Positions 11,532 through 23,035 of a stretch of 64,000 nucleotides of DNA are shown here, in pieces. The notes under the pieces were generated by a model, which was given only the letters and a program-made list of their open reading frames with translations, was not told where the DNA came from and ran no database searches. Numbering within the stretch: the first letter of the stretch is position 1; each line of letters opens with the position of its first letter. Made by a program: the position numbers and the translations under genes. The DNA is from Amoebophrya sp. A120 (taxonomy: Eukaryota; Protista; Dinoflagellata): assembly GCA_905178155.1 (NCBI GenBank), contig CAJINV010000002.1:967809-1031808 (forward strand), read 5' to 3'.

Positions 11532-13528
11532 CTACCGCCAAGGCTCACCGTCTGAGTCATCATCTCCGCTGCTGCTTCCAAAACTTGAATCACTTTCCAA
11601 CTCCGAATCGCTTCCGTCGTCACCTGCCGCTGAGCCCGCTTCGAACACTTGCTTTTTGAACTCCTGGCACACTTCCGCTGCTTTCTGCTTTTGCGCCGGT
11701 GTCGGCATAACAAACTTTTTGGGAAGTTTGTCCTTTGCGCCCACGATGTTTGCCTTGATGTAGTTGCACATGTCCAAAGACACCTGCAACCGCGAAGATT
11801 TTGTAAAGCACCGCCGAGATGCTTTTTTTTTCGTCTTTAATTCGCCGGCACCACTCCACTGCAGATAGGATGTCTTCTTTGTGCTTCGTAAGCACGACCC
11901 CCGCCACACATTCGTCTCCGGATTGTACGTGGCGTACCCGTTGTACGCCTTCCACAGGTTGCTTATCATCATTTCTGGTTGTGCATCGATCCGGTTGAAC
12001 GTCTTCCACTTCTTATCCCGCTGCCGCTTATTCAACATTTGCTTGCGCTGCCGAGCAACGAGGACGTCGTCGTCTTTTTTGTTTTCTCCTTCGTCGTCGC
12101 CAGGCAACAAGCCCTGCAGAAGATCGGCCTTTTTTGTTTTTCGTTTTTTCTTCAGTTCCAACAAAGACCACGTTTCCCGCTTCCCGTATTCTATCAACGC
12201 GAGCTCCTCCGTCTGCATCTCATCCACGAGAGTCTCCCCGTCTTGCGCCACGTACTTCTGGTCCACACTGCTCTTCCATTTCGCTGACTCGTCGTAGTAG
12301 ATAGAAAATCCGCCATCCGAATCACTATCATCATGTCGGACAGAAAAACCGGAAAAGTCAGCACTTTTCAACCGCAGTGTGAGTTTATGTTCGTCTGTCA
12401 CCACGCCGCCGTTGATGTCTACGAACGTGGTGGGCCGTCGCTTCCGGGAAAGGTTGTTCACATTCACGGCGCAGTCAACCATAACTGTTTCCCTCCTGTT
12501 CGGGTCCAACTCGGTTTCCTCTTCCTTGATCTCCACTTCCACTCCGCCGATACTGATGTCGATGTTGTTTTTGCCATGCAACAAGAGCTGCTTTGGCACC
12601 GCAGCAGAAGAAGATGATGATGACACAGCGGCAGTCGAGTTGTTCATCGGACGCACATCTTCATCTTCTTCGTCTTCCTCCAGAATAGGCGGCAGCAAAG
12701 TGGTATGAAGATGCGAGCTGTTCGCGTTCTGCTTCTTCTTGTTCCGAGTTTTATTTTTCAAAATCGTATCTACATCCAGATCGGTTTCGTTGTCTTCCCG
12801 CACGTCCTCGTCAGGATTTTTGCTGATAATATTCGCTTCTTTTTTACTTCCGGCCGCGTGCGACGCCGCTACCACCGCCCCACTCTTGTTAACGTCTTGT
12901 TCTTTTGAAGATGCTGCTTTCTGCGTTTTCTTTTTCCCTTTTTGCTTGTTGTTTTCACCTTCGTCTCCTTCGGGCAAAAACTCCGCGCTGCCATCATTTT
13001 GCTCTTCCCCGGACGTAGTTTTATCCGCTTGCTCTTTCGGAGGATACCAGGCGGCGTATCTGTAGATTAGTTCCGACAGCCGCATTTTTTGCTCTGCATC
13101 GACGTAGTATTCTCCAGTACAATCAACGTCGTCGACTGCTACTAGGTGCGCGTCATTATTGCAGGAGTCGACGCACAGCCACTGCGTTTCGATCTTGGGT
13201 GCATCGGGCCGAAGTTTGAAGTAGATCAAAGTACCCGGCACGATGTCAGTCTCCGACATGCACAATGCCGGCCACTCTGCTTTCCTCTTTGTCTTAGCGC
13301 CTGTTATTGCCCGGCCCGGATTGTAAAAGTTCTCCTTGCCGAAGTGCTTCTGAATCACATGACACACGTCACTGAAAACGATCATCGGCGAGGAAGTGAA
13401 ATACTTCTTGGCTTGTCCGCTCCTCCGCGCGTGAGGGCAGCACACCTTGTTGCGCGCGTCCTCAAATTGCTCAAAGGCTGCCAGGTAATTGTTGCGGTTG
13501 AAGCCCCTGGAGTTTTGTACTGCGTTTC
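11532..13528 (-). CDS. Large exon/ORF in the hAT element: C-terminal extension of the transposase gene or a separate cargo gene
   Basis: 637-aa ORF, frame open up to a stop at 13527-13529; same strand, about 200 bp downstream of the last transposase exon; splice junction not resolved. Confidence 0.6.
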
Positions 13529-13730
13529 AATGTTGATCATTTTCATTTAGCTCTCGCTCATTATCAGTCACGTCGATGATTTTACATATGCACTAGCATG
13601 CAAGTGGAAAACTAGATCTAATTGCAAAAGTGTAAGTCATAGCAAATGTAAATCTAGATGACAACAGAAATTGAAATCGAAATGAAAATTAAAATTTTTT
13701 AAAAATAAAAAGCCAGCAGCTTTTTATTTT

Positions 13731-16700
13731 TTATTTTTCCCAGTACCTTGCCGACGCCAACTCCATCCCTAAATTTCCAGTGTTGACCTCGCGGTGTATC
13801 TCCGTCGACGTCGAGTTCAGTTTCTCGCAGTCCTGACTCGAAGGGAAGAGTGCGGACAGCAGCGGTTTGAGGTCGGCCACAAAGGCCGGCGACCAATTCG
13901 GTATTTGATCCGGTTCAGGCCCGTCTATCGTCGCGTCGTCATCAGCCGCTCGTTGTAGTTCACCGGGAAAATCTTGGAAAAAGTCGAAGGAAATTCTGTC
14001 GAGTTTGCCCTGTTTCCCAAGGCGGATCAGATCCTGTGCTGTAGCCCGCACCTCGCCGCCCCTCATGAGGCCGTGCAACCGGTGTGGAAAGCTCCGTAAG
14101 GGTTCCTGCCGATGAAACAGGTCGTCGATAATGCGAAGAAACGTCAAGCAGCACCGCCCGAAGGCATCCTTCGCGTTCCCCAGTTGCATCGTGGTCAGCG
14201 ACAAGCGGTTCCACAAGCGGGCTTTCTCGATCGGCTTGACACAGTGGCGGGCCAACTCGAAACTATCCGCCCCAGAAGTCGACAAGCCGTGCGACCGCAT
14301 CACGTCGGCAGAGCAGTCGAGGACGACACTATGCTAATGAAAAAGTAATCTTCAGGCTCGCTTGCGTGAAGCTAAAGGTAAGGCTACGGAGAAAATCTAA
14401 ATCTCGAAAATCTAAATGCAAATCACAATGTAAATGATAACGAAGTAGAAGCTGTGGCTGTGCATGCACTTACGCTAATAGTTCCACACATACTTATAAT
14501 TTGTATATTCATTTGCATTAACGATAAGCAGATGCAGACGCAGATCCAGAGCGTCTGCGACTGCGTGGTCGTCCAGGAATGTAATGCAGAAGCAGCAGTG
14601 CCACCACTGCGCCACATTCTATTTCTCTTTAAATTCGTAATCGTATTTCTATTTGTATTGCAATTTCTATTTCCTGTAATGCAGAAGCAGATCCTATAGA
14701 TAAAGACCAGCCATGATTATGCCTTACCTTTAGACTTTACTTCTACCTGAAGACTCATTCTTCAAATCACATCGCCGAAGGGGAGCGGGAAGGTTGCAGC
14801 GTGATAAAGATCCAGGGAGCTCTTCAGTGCGGTAATGCAAGTCCACCACGGTTCGCTGGTAACTGCAGTCCAGGCGCGTCTGATTAAACTACTTTTGTTC
14901 TTCTGATATTTCTTCTCCCGGTCTGCTGCTAGTCGTGGAATATTCACCGCCAGAATGGGCTTCTGTTTCATCAGCCCACTCACAGTATTCGCCAAGCTGA
15001 GCCAGCGGGTGCGCACGTAGTGGCTCACTTTTTTTGGTGCATCCTGCACTTCGTCGTCGTGATTGAATTCTGTTTTGCCAGCATCTTTCCGCAACTGCAG
15101 ACGATTGCCCGACTCAGTCGCTTCGTGGTATGCCCGCAGTTCGTCTCCTTTCAAAGCCTTGCCGTCGAGAATGACCTTTCCCTCGCGCATGAACTCCTCC
15201 ACGTCCTGCATCACAACCTCCTGGTCTCGCGCCCGCGCGTCCCGCCGCTCTTTTTGTTTTCGCACATCACCGACAGGAATAATGCCTTCACGATCTTCCC
15301 GCGGTGCACGCTTGGGAAGCTCCTTCTTCGTGAGAAACATACTATTAATGACTTTACTCACTGCTGTTACTGTCTTCTCGATTTTCTTGCCATAGGCGGC
15401 AGAGATGCACTGCAGGGCGGTTTTTCCCAAATTCGACATCTCTATGCATTGCAAAAATGTAAATCAAAGTACCGCAGTAGTCCTAGCATTACACACAGCA
15501 TATGGCTATGGATACGGTGTCCACGCTTCTTTTTGTTTCTCTTTCACTTTGTCATGCGCGATCGCGTTCGCAACTAATAGTAGCGATACTTTGACTTGTG
15601 GTTTTGCACAGGATAATATGATGGAGCTGGCAAAAAATCGACGTGCGTGACCAGTTCGGTTCTGCCGGTCGCTCTACCACCCGCCGCGTCTTGTTTTCGC
15701 AGCGAAGAGCTTCGGTCAGGTACACCGTATTGTCTCCCAGTTTGACCATGTCTGATCCACAATCGGACGCTGTGATGCAAGCAGGCCTTGACGGGGGGAG
15801 GTACCCGCCATACTCCATGTTGCTGTAGACCCCGGGCAGGGGTAGCCCCACCTTCCACGCCTGCTCCCAGTATTCTCCGAAAATTAACCATCCCCATCCA
15901 AAGTGCACGAAGAAGTAAATCATCAATTTTCCATTTTTGCATGACAAACACAAAACGCGCAACATGTTTTGCATGACAAACACAGCATGGAGCTGGTGAC
16001 GAATAGGGATTGTTAATTTTCAAGGAATAAGTATATGTCGTCGACTACCGACAGAAACCCGCCCTCTGTTCCTATCGGCTCCAACGAGAAGTCATACATC
16101 ACCACATCTTGCCCGTTGTTGATGGACCTGAATAAGTACACCTTGGCGCTGAGCTGCTTCACGTCGCCGAAAGGGGTACTGTCCGGCACGATCCTCGTTA
16201 CTATTTTCGGTGGCCTGTTGGGATTTTGGCCCGGATCAGTCGCCACTCCATTGCTCGGATCTGAGCAAGGTGGGTAAACTAACTGTCGGTCTCCGTCCCA
16301 GTTCAAATGACTCGACTCAATTCGTTCCCGCCTTCGCATCTCCTCATCTGTTTCTCCACCTTCTTGTTCTACCAGCTCCAAACTATTAGTGTTACTGCTC
16401 GCCGACAAAAGAGCGCTTTTTGCGGCACTGCTCAAATTCTTCTTGTTTAATGTGAAAACTGGAAGAACAGACTCGCTCACCTTGTAGCTCAAGCCCTTTT
16501 TCTTCGGCGGATCGTCGTCCATCATGGTCGTATCAACTGCAGCTAGTTGTGTGTGCTGCTGTCCGGATTCGGAATCTGTATTGCTGTTTTTGAGATGATG
16601 GTGGCGGCTGCTGTTTGGAGCCCGTGTTGGCGCGCTTGTCAGTTGTGTGCTGTCGTTATTGTTTGTCGGCAAGCTGTTGCTCTGGCTTTGTTGGGCAGCT

Positions 16701-18811
16701 AGATCTTGTGTATCTGCGTCCTGCAATACATGTGCAAAACCGTACCGCTTCTTCTGGTCAGCTGCTCTTGCTACTTTTACCATGCCGGGAGTTGCATAAA
16801 AATTCAAAATCTTCATCCGTATGATAAATCGCAGTGCGTCTCGGTACAGAAATTCGTCCCGTTTGGCCTTCATCCTGTACTTCGCCTTCGCGCGAGCGAT
16901 CATCATTTTCAAAACCGTCCTCATGTCCATCGCCTCTGCGGCGGATGTTCCGGACCGCGCCGATACTATCGCGTCAGCGTAGAGGTGCGGGCTCATGTCT
17001 GGCAACGCTTCAAAAGCTTGCAGTAGTTCTTCGTCGTACGCCTCGACTACCGCGCTCTCGTCTTCCTCGTCAGACTGGTCCAGCAACGCATAGTCATTTT
17101 CATCATAATCGTCCTCCGATGATGATGAGCAAGAAGCGTCTCCCGGATCTTGCTGTTTGTTTTTCTTCTTCTTGTTTTGCAGTTGCTGTTTGCTTCCTGC
17201 CTTTCCACTGGTGATTGCCGCTTTCGTTTTTTTACTACTTTTTCCAAGCTGTTTGCGTTGCGGTTTCGTGAGCTTGTTTTTCACTGAGCTCGCGCTCCGG
17301 ATGTTGTCATCATTGAGGCTGACACTACCTGAATCCGAGTGCGAATCTTGTCTATTAAAATTCCACAAGTCACCGACATCGGTCTCGTGAAGCTGCAGCT
17401 TGTTGCCATCGGTCGGCCCTTTGTAGTTTTTCATTGTATTTTTCACCGAAGAAGAAGAACTGAAGTTGAAGCTTGAGCTTGGCGACGTTTTATTTGGTAC
17501 GAACGGAAGGCCTGCATTTCCACTTGCCATTTTTTCCTCATGTTCGTCGAAGTCTTCTTCTTCATCGTACGCCTTTTGTCTAATGCCGAGTTCTGCAAAA
17601 GCGTTTCGATACGGTACGAGGGAGCTGCTGGAATTATTGTTGTTGTGCGCGGAACCGCGCGCGCGGACTTTTTGTTTTTTCATTTGCTTCCGAACCTCCT
17701 TGCGTTTTTTTTTCTCCTCTTCCTTTCTTTTTTGTATCACGGCTACCGGCAAATCGTCACCCAAGATGTCATCTTCCTCGTCTTCGCAACTGGAACTAGA
17801 CGAACTGCTTGAAGCCACCTCTTCGCCCAGTCTCGAAGACGAAGAACCAACTACACCTGCGCTGCGTGTTCCTGCATGTACGGAAGCAGCTCCAGCACTA
17901 CTGCTCGTCGCTGGGTTGAAGAAGTTGCTTGCATGCGGCACCGCCTGCTGTTGTATGGAAGTAGTAGCTCTCTTTGGCTCCGCTCCCACCTCCATGTCAA
18001 TGTCCATGTCCTCAACCACTTGGGTCTCCTGGTCTCCAGCCTTTCGCTTCTTTTGTTCTTGCGCTGCTACATCTTCAGCACCTCCGCGTTTGGCGATGTC
18101 TGCTTTTCGTTTCAAAGCCTTTTGCTCTTGTCGGTCTTTCTTTCGTTGCATTCGCTCACTTCGTTCTTCAGCAATCGCCTGCAGCAATGCATTTCGTAAA
18201 TTTTGATCCGAAACTGCGATGTCGCGATTGTCGATCATCCGGCTATCGAGATCATCTTTCACCACCCCCGCAGCCATCAAGACCTGTCTTGCGCGTTGGC
18301 CGCCCGTTCCACGACCCGAACCAACGAGCCACGCGTTCCGGAGCCACTTTCTTTTCTTCGATGCGGATGCTGGTAGTGTTGGAAATCGGACTTCTGGCTC
18401 GTTGGGATCACCGCCGCCTATATCTCCGCTGTCTTGCATCTTTTTTGCAAGGTCTGCTATTCGGGCCTCTTCTTCCTCTTCCTTCATCTTTTTTTTGCTC
18501 ATGTACTTTTTCTTTACTTTCTCGTCCGCCGGAACGTCGTCGGGCATGAAGCGACTGTAGTAGATGTTTTTCACAAAGTCCTGAAACGAAACGCCCTTCT
18601 TTTGTTCATTCTTCCAGCTTACACCTAAAGACTGCTTGGACGGTATTGTTTTCCGGGCAGATGTTTTTTCTAACACCTTTTCTGTTTTTCCGTTCTCTAC
18701 TGCCCACTCCAATAGCCGAATAAGATCTGCAACCGTTTTGCACTGATCCATGCGCTCCTGCAGCCCCTTCGTGGGGCCGATGGTGATTATTTCTTTCTTC
18801 GTCCGCGCCAT
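13731..18811 (-). CDS. hAT-family DDE transposase, very large, intron-split
   Basis: Exons about 16015-18811, 15616-15925, 14765-15442, 13740-14330. Motifs in correct order: RIVPDST..QLSAKVY (D 16181-16183), TASDCGSDMVK (D 15762-15764), CQLH (15621-15632), VRTRWLS (TRW 15002-15010), LLSALFPSSQDCEKLNS (E 13824-13826). Confidence 0.8.
15443..15615. mobile_element. Degenerate introner inside the transposase gene, just after the CxxH motif
   Basis: tatgcattgcaaaa ... ttttgcacaggata; flanks atctc/atatg. Confidence 0.7.
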
Positions 18812-20340
18812 AGCAGTAGCGACGAGACGAAGACAACTAACCCAACGCCAAACAGCTTACGAAATAAGCAGGGCAAAGCCGAGGAGGATGTGGATGCGGA
18901 TGTGCACGCGGATGGCACCAGGTAAAAACATTTTTTCCTTTTTGATATTAATATTTGTATTGCTGTTACTTCGTTTTGTTATTAGTTTGATTTTCAAAAT
19001 TTAGAAATTGAAATAGTAATAGAATAGAGATATGAGTAGTGTCAAAGTGAAAGCTCATACGCATAATCATACACGTTCTGCCTCAGCTTTGATGCTGAGG
19101 CTCAAGGTTAGTTCTAGTTTTCCTTGTGTTGGTGCTTGTAGTAGTTGTGTTAGTTCTGGTTCTCAAAGGAGTGCGTATTCGTATGCGAAAACGAAATCGA
19201 AAACGAAATCCAAATCAGAGTTTCAAAATAGAAATACTAATAAGAATAAGCTCAGCAATAAAATGTTTTATTTTCATTTTCAATTACAAGATCAACAAAA
19301 TCAAAATAGAAATACCAAAAAAACGCAGGTTGCTAAAAGTGAATGAAGCGATGACGAGTAACGGAAGTTTTAGCACGAGCAAAGTTGGACACTCAAACGA
19401 TTATCGCTACCTATAGCAGTGCAAGCTCGATGACGAAAGCAACACGCTGGAGGACCTGCTTTTATGACTGTTTCGATTTCGAGAAGCTTTGCAATGATGA
19501 AAAGGTAGAAAACCAAAACAGATGAATAGGCAAAACGATAGTGGCGACTTTGAATTTGATTCACAGCGATTTGATGCGATTTGATTTGTATTGCAGCGAT
19601 ACCTGCAACCACGCACACTCACACTCCCAAACGACACGGCGACGCTTGAACCCAATTGCAATTTGTGTCATGGCGTTTTATTGTTTTACTTTTGGTTTGT
19701 GCGAAAAGTACTACCCGCTCTTTTGCGCTCTATCTCAAAATCGAAACCTACTGGCTTCCCAACGACAAAAACAACCGACACCAACCAAAACAAAAAACAG
19801 CCTTCAATGTACCCAAATCAAATGCACAAGCAGCGCCACGCTATGACGAGCTTCGACTTTACCTTTAGGAACATCAAATCAAAAATAATACGACGAGGGG
19901 ACTCAGCAACCACCTACTAGCTCGGGGCGTATCAATGCAACTTGTGCAATTCCTACTATTTCGCTTTTTGTGTCGTTTCTGTTTTGCATAAACAAAAAAA
20001 ATGCACAGCAACTATCGTTCATTGAGTTCCTTTTCATCTTGCTCATCGTTTTACTTTCATTTTCTTGGTGTTGTTGAAACAAATTCGACCATCACACCGC
20101 CGCAACACCACGCCGAGTTGTAACGTCGCCACACTGTTTTGCATCGCTTCCACCTACCTCTGATCTTCGACAACATTACGACTGTGGTTTGAAAAGTATT
20201 AATTTTGAACAGAAGTCTCCATGTTTTTCGCGTCTCGGAGCAGACCATCAAGTTCAGACCGACCATCCGAAACAACACCACAACGCTTCGCCACCGACCT
20301 CCGACAAGATGAAAAAAACAACGAAATAATTTTTCAACTT

Positions 20341-20456
20341 TAGATTAATCCGAGACATGTATCAAATTAATCCGAGAATGTACCGGATTTATCCGACATA
20401 GTTAAGGACTACAATCATTAACTTTATATTTACTATTCCCTCTTCATTCCCCCTAA
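20341..20456 (-). repeat. Right subterminal repeats and TIR of the hAT element
   Basis: attaatccg/atttatccg copies then the reverse complement of the left TIR. Confidence 0.8.
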
Positions 20457-20694
20457 GGAAGTCGCTTATGAACGGACAAAATACAAATTGGCCCCAGTGC
20501 GTGCATAAGTATAGCGCCACTAGAATCAATGAAACAAGCGACCTACGAGAATGGCGCAGCGAATGGGGCTCCGCCCGCTTTCAATTTTTCCAGCCCCGGA
20601 CGGGGTAGAAGCAAGCTGCACTTTCACCGGGGGCATCGGGGCTTTTGCGCAAACCTACCCGCTCTATACAGGCGGCCTTTTTCCACCCAAGCGG

Positions 20695-20950
20695 CTGGGC
20701 GGAGAAAAGCCGTCTTGGAAATTCAAAAAATTTGCAATTTTCAAGCGGGCTTGTTTCCAAAGACTTGCTCGAGGAAAAGCTTTCGCGTGCGGTCGGGTGG
20801 AGAAAACAAAGCCCGCGTGAAAATTCAAAACATTTGGAATTTCCAAGCGGGACTAAACTTTCTCCAAAGACGTGCTCGGGAAAGATTCTTCTCGACCCAG
20901 TCCATGGGGAAAAACCCGGGCGGAAATTCAAAAAGTTAAAGTTTTCGACT
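20695..20950 (+). repeat. Three imperfect repeats of about 100 bp within the TAA element
   Basis: gaaattcaaaa...aatttt/ccaagcggg recurring near 20719, 20819, 20924. Confidence 0.6.
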
Positions 20951-21792
20951 TCCAGGGTGGTTCTTCTTCACCCGGGCCCCTCGGGAGTCGCTTTTTGGAG
21001 AGCAGTTGTAGCGCAGCTACTTCGCAATAGAAACACCCTGCGCGCACGCAGTAAGACAACAGATCTCGCCCCAAGTAGATCCCGGAAATCTTTTTCGCAA
21101 CCTGCGGCCCCTTTTTCAATCGGGCCTTCTTTTATACGCTTCTCTCGAGTGTTGTCCTCTCTATGGGGGACGCGTCGCTCTCTACGACAAAAAAAACCAA
21201 TAAAGCGCAGCAACCGCTTGCTTGCGCCCCTGGCCAATTGCTGTCGGCCTCTTATTTGGCATTGTGTGGCGGGGCTTTAGAATTCAAACTTTTTCGCACC
21301 TATTCCTTTTGTGGTGCGCTTCTTGCGGATCGCAGTTTTTCATTTACGACTCCGTTCTCTTTCTTGTTGGTGGTGGTGTGGTTTCTAAAAAGTCAGAACC
21401 TTTTTAGAAACCACACCAAGAAGAAGAGCTTCTGCTCCACTAAGAAGAGAAAAAAGTAAAACCGCACTACCACCCCGCGCCCGTATTTTCTGAATTTGCC
21501 ATCTTTGGCGCGGTGGACGGGGGAGTTCCGATTTTGCATTTTGGATTTTTGAAGTCCGATTTTGGATCGGAGTAAATCGCTGAGGTTTTGCGACGGCCGG
21601 ATGACCGACCGCACCTACCCCCCCCTTCTCGGTATCGAGAAGGGGGTCGATTAATCGTACGGGCTCTAACAGGAAGTGGGGCCACCTTATTTTTCTGACC
21701 AACATGCAGCATGGCAGATTTTGTTCGATGATGTAGAATTTGCATCACAAATTCGAATCCATCCAGACCCAGATCGATATCTGCAATGCATA

Positions 21793-21906
21793 TCCACATC
21801 ACTGTTAATACCATGGTCCACGGCGTCCTCAGAAATCGCCTGGTGCTCCATGTGCTTCAAAAAATACCGCATGTCCTCGTCCGTCCTCTCCTCCGAGATG
21901 GGAAGG
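21793..21906 (-). CDS. Host gene A, middle exon
   Basis: LPISEERTDEDMRYFLKHMEHQAISEDAVDHGINSDV, in frame with both neighbouring exons. Confidence 0.75.
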
Positions 21907-23035
21907 TACTAACTTGAAATTTGTCTGCAGCTAAAAAAATCAAAATTTTTGGTAGTGCAGTTCTTGTTCTTCTCTTCTCGCGGCCCGGACTGCAGCCCGC
22001 TTGCGAGCGCTGCGGACTCCGTGCTGGGGAACTTGGCCGAGGTGTTGCGCTCCATTCCTGCGTCATTTGCTCGAAGGTCCCCCACGCGCTTGATTTGCTA
22101 GCTCCACACGGAAATGCGGCAACAGGTAGGGGCTTCCGACTGCCATTTTTCGGGGAAGTTTCGCACCTAAGATAACAACATGACGCGAGCCTCCGAGAGG
22201 TGCTTGGGCGCAGAGCCCCTTCCCCCAAAAGTGGCAATTTGTAATGCGCGTTTCGCATTACAAATGGCCTTCTTTTATGACCCGTCTTGGGCTCGCTCTC
22301 CGGGCCAGGTCACAAATCTGAGCCCCTGGATCAGCAGAATGCCGTGCTGTGAGGGTTCAGATTTTTGATGCAAAACGTGGCTCCGCGAAAAAACTCTGCA
22401 CCTCGGCAACGAGGTCGCCAAGTGGAGGTGCAGAGTTTTTTGGCGCGAGGGGGGGAAAGTGGGGCAGATAGCTCGTGTTTGTCTGCGCCGCCAAAAAACT
22501 CTGCACCTCCGAAATTGGCCTCCAGATGAGGTGTCCTCGGACACCTCTTCGGAGCCCTCCCGAGTCGCGGACCTCCGGGGCGACAAATTTTGGCCGCCCT
22601 TTTCGCATTGCCCCGACCTGAATCGAGCTCAATTTGCAGGCAGAAGCCTGCAACTTGAGCTCATCCCTGAGTCGACCTCCTCCGAGGCCGCGAGGTTTGA
22701 ACCAAAAGCGAGCCTCTGCTTCAGCAAATTCAACTCATTCCCAAACAAGACACTCACTAGGTAAATCGTCAGGAATCAGGAGGGAGTGCGGGAACTTGAA
22801 GACCTACAACTGCGAACCCGGGTGGACGACGTCCACCGATAGCGAAGCACCGAGTCCCCCGGTGGCTGAGCTGTCTCCTCTGCTTCGTCCGCCGAGGCCG
22901 TGCCGGAATACCTGGCCTGCCCATTTCCTTGATTTCGTTTCATTGTGAAAAAAAAGAAACACACAAGAAGGTGCCCGAAAATGTAGGATGCAAAAATTTT
23001 GATTTTTTTAGCTGCAGACATTTTTCAGTTTAGTA
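21907..23035. mobile_element. 1.13-kb TIR element with a 38-bp flanking direct repeat, in host gene A
   Basis: 45-bp TIR tactaa(ct/ac)tgaaa(tt/aa)tgtctgcagctaaaaaaatcaaaatttttg; DR 21869-21906 vs 23036-23073 (37/38 identical) abutting both TIRs. Confidence 0.85.

Larger units (their letters stand above)
1019..20456 (-). mobile_element. Giant (19.4 kb) hAT-like DNA transposon with cargo genes
   Basis: About 60-bp imperfect TIR tt(g/a)gggggaatgaag...gtaaatataaagttaatga...ccttaactat (1019-1078 vs 20398-20456); perfect 8-bp TSD GGAAGTCG at 1011-1018 and 20457-20464; internal hAT-type transposase gene. Confidence 0.85.
603..21666. mobile_element. TIR element with TAA target duplication (PIF/Harbinger-like, apparently non-autonomous, about 1.6 kb without its insert)
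   Basis: 42-bp TIR gagcctgcacgattaatcgacccccttctcgataccgagaag (603-644) vs 21625-21666, 2 mismatches; TAA at 600-602 and 21667-21669 in a near-palindromic target ctg-TAA-cag; superfamily inferred only from TSD and termini. Confidence 0.75.
434..21792. mobile_element. Introner (TATCAAATGCAAAA..TCTGGGTCTG family) expanded to 21.36 kb by nested transposons
   Basis: Left end tatcaaatgcaaaagtgtctgggtctg, right end ccagacccagatcgatatctgcaatgcata; 5-bp TSD TCCAC at 429-433 and 21793-21797; remainder without nested elements is 292 bp, a normal introner size here. Confidence 0.85.

Noticed and set aside
20465-21666. Harbinger transposase or Myb gene in the TAA element
   Set aside because: No DDE or Myb motifs seen; the ORFs look spurious
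434-21792. The whole 21.4 kb as the autonomous master element of the introners
   Set aside because: The transposase lies in an inner element with its own TIRs and an 8-bp TSD, whereas introners have 5-bp TSDs and unrelated termini. The outer remainder is an ordinary 292-bp introner, so nesting is simpler. Trans-mobilisation is not formally excluded.
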